64,000 nt of DNA from Alphaproteobacteria bacterium (GTDB lineage Bacteria; Pseudomonadota; Alphaproteobacteria; MPNO01; UBA830), in the NCBI GenBank assembly GCA_964291215.2, contig OZ219791.1:992001-1056000 (forward strand). The letters run 5' to 3'. Position 1 is the stretch's first letter, and every line of letters starts with the position of its first letter. Positions 62,937 through 64,000 of the stretch are shown here, one piece after another. The notes under the pieces are model-generated. The model saw only the letters and a program-made list of their open reading frames with translations. It did no database searches and was not told the origin of the DNA. A program made the position numbers and the translations under genes.

Positions 62937-64000
62937 GTACCCGCCATAAAAAGTGCAATCATTTGACTCTAATACCTGAATCGTGGTATAGGTGAGACGA
63001 AGATTCCCGCTTTGGGGTAGGAATCGGCCGGTTTGACCAAGAATCAACCGGATTTTCAGGAAACTTCGCGAGAATAGCCATGCGAGACGTCATCCACCCT
63101 CAGTTGAAATTGGGACAGGTTGCGATCGAGGAGATCGACCTCAACGAGAACTCGCGGGATGACATTCCGCCGATGCTGCGCGGGATTCAGCACGTGTACG
63201 CCGACCCGGCTGTTTGAGATCCTGGAGGAGGGGATCCTTCCCGGAGTGTCCCACAGGAAAGGGCGTCCTGGCGCTGTGGAAGATCCTGGTGTCCTGAAGC
63301 AGGGCCTGGGATATGACTTCGATCACCTGCACGAGTTGGTGAATGAGCATAAGACGGTTCGCAAGTTCCTGGGTCACATCTGGGACGACACACGCTACGG
63401 GCTTCAGACGGTGGTGGACAACGTGAGCCAGCTAACGCCGGAAGTGCTGGGGAAGGTGTCGCAACTGGTGGCGGAGAGCGGCCATGCGATGGTCCGCAAG
63501 AGCGGCAAGGTCCCTTGCGGGGCCGCTGCGATTCGTTCGTGGTGCACTACCCGACGGACGTCAACCTGCTGTGGGATGCGATGCGTTGTCTGGTGCGCAG
63601 CCGTGCTCGCGGGGGTGACGGCAGTGGCAGCATCGGAGCCGCGGGAAGCGCTTTCAGAAGAGATCTGGCGGGCCTCTTCGGAGGATGGTACCTCGACGAC
63701 AGCCGGGAGTTGGAGCGCAGGAGACGGTTCCGGCACTTGTGGAGAAAGGCGTCGGAGCCTTGAGAATTCTCAAGATCCAGTCGTACCATGCCCGCCGGCA
63801 GATCGACCAAGTAGACCGCCGCCTAAGGCGAGAAGATCCCGCAGGAAGAGAAGGTGTTTTCGATCTTCGAGGAGCGCTGGTGCGTGAAAGGCAAGTGCCG
63901 GTGGAACTCGGCGTGCCGGTGGCCGTGCTGGAGGACCAGCACGGCTTCCTCCTGCACCACCGGATCCTGTGGGAGGGCAGTGACGTGGACCATGCGGTGC
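62937..64000 (+). pseudogene. ISNCY-type transposase remnant, runs off the window
   Basis: ATG 63080 MRDVIHPQLKLGQ...SRDDIPPMLRG, VHYPTDVNLLWDA and KVFSIFE; many frameshifts. Confidence 0.75.

Noticed and set aside
1-64000. CRISPR array, rRNA or tRNA genes
   Set aside because: No regularly spaced repeat-spacer series or RNA-gene signatures seen; all dispersed repeats resolve into IS ends, MITEs or IS110 copies.

Overview
High-GC alphaproteobacterial chromosome segment (Rhodospirillales-like gene order; host-associated lifestyle is only an inference from the heavy IS decay). The intact core genes are an aromatic acyl-CoA cluster with a Bug receptor, an M23 peptidase, clpB, aspS, rnd, hdaA, purMN, ndk, holC, pepA, lptFGD, surA-pdxA-rsmA, a cyclodeaminase, TauE, an amidohydrolase and an RND pump. 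These alternate with clusters of nested, deletion-riddled IS elements (IS66, IS4, ISAs1 with DUF4338, IS1634, ISNCY, IS110) and two MITE families. A ~16.5 kb island splits lptD from surA and carries tctCBA, a metallophosphoesterase and a HigBA-like module. The best finding is a three-copy IS110 element whose ends can be read to the base in two copies (CT core, target ACCTCG); the third retains only its right end. Its 5' non-coding end contains a bridge-RNA-like structure whose guide segments match both the flanking insertion sites and the element's own end junction, and it also carries an unexplained accessory ORF and a long right end. Other notable items are an RND adaptor fused to four EF-hands, IS66 elements carrying an adenine-methyltransferase passenger, and microhomology-flanked deletions confined to mobile DNA. 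No CRISPR array, rRNA or tRNA was seen.
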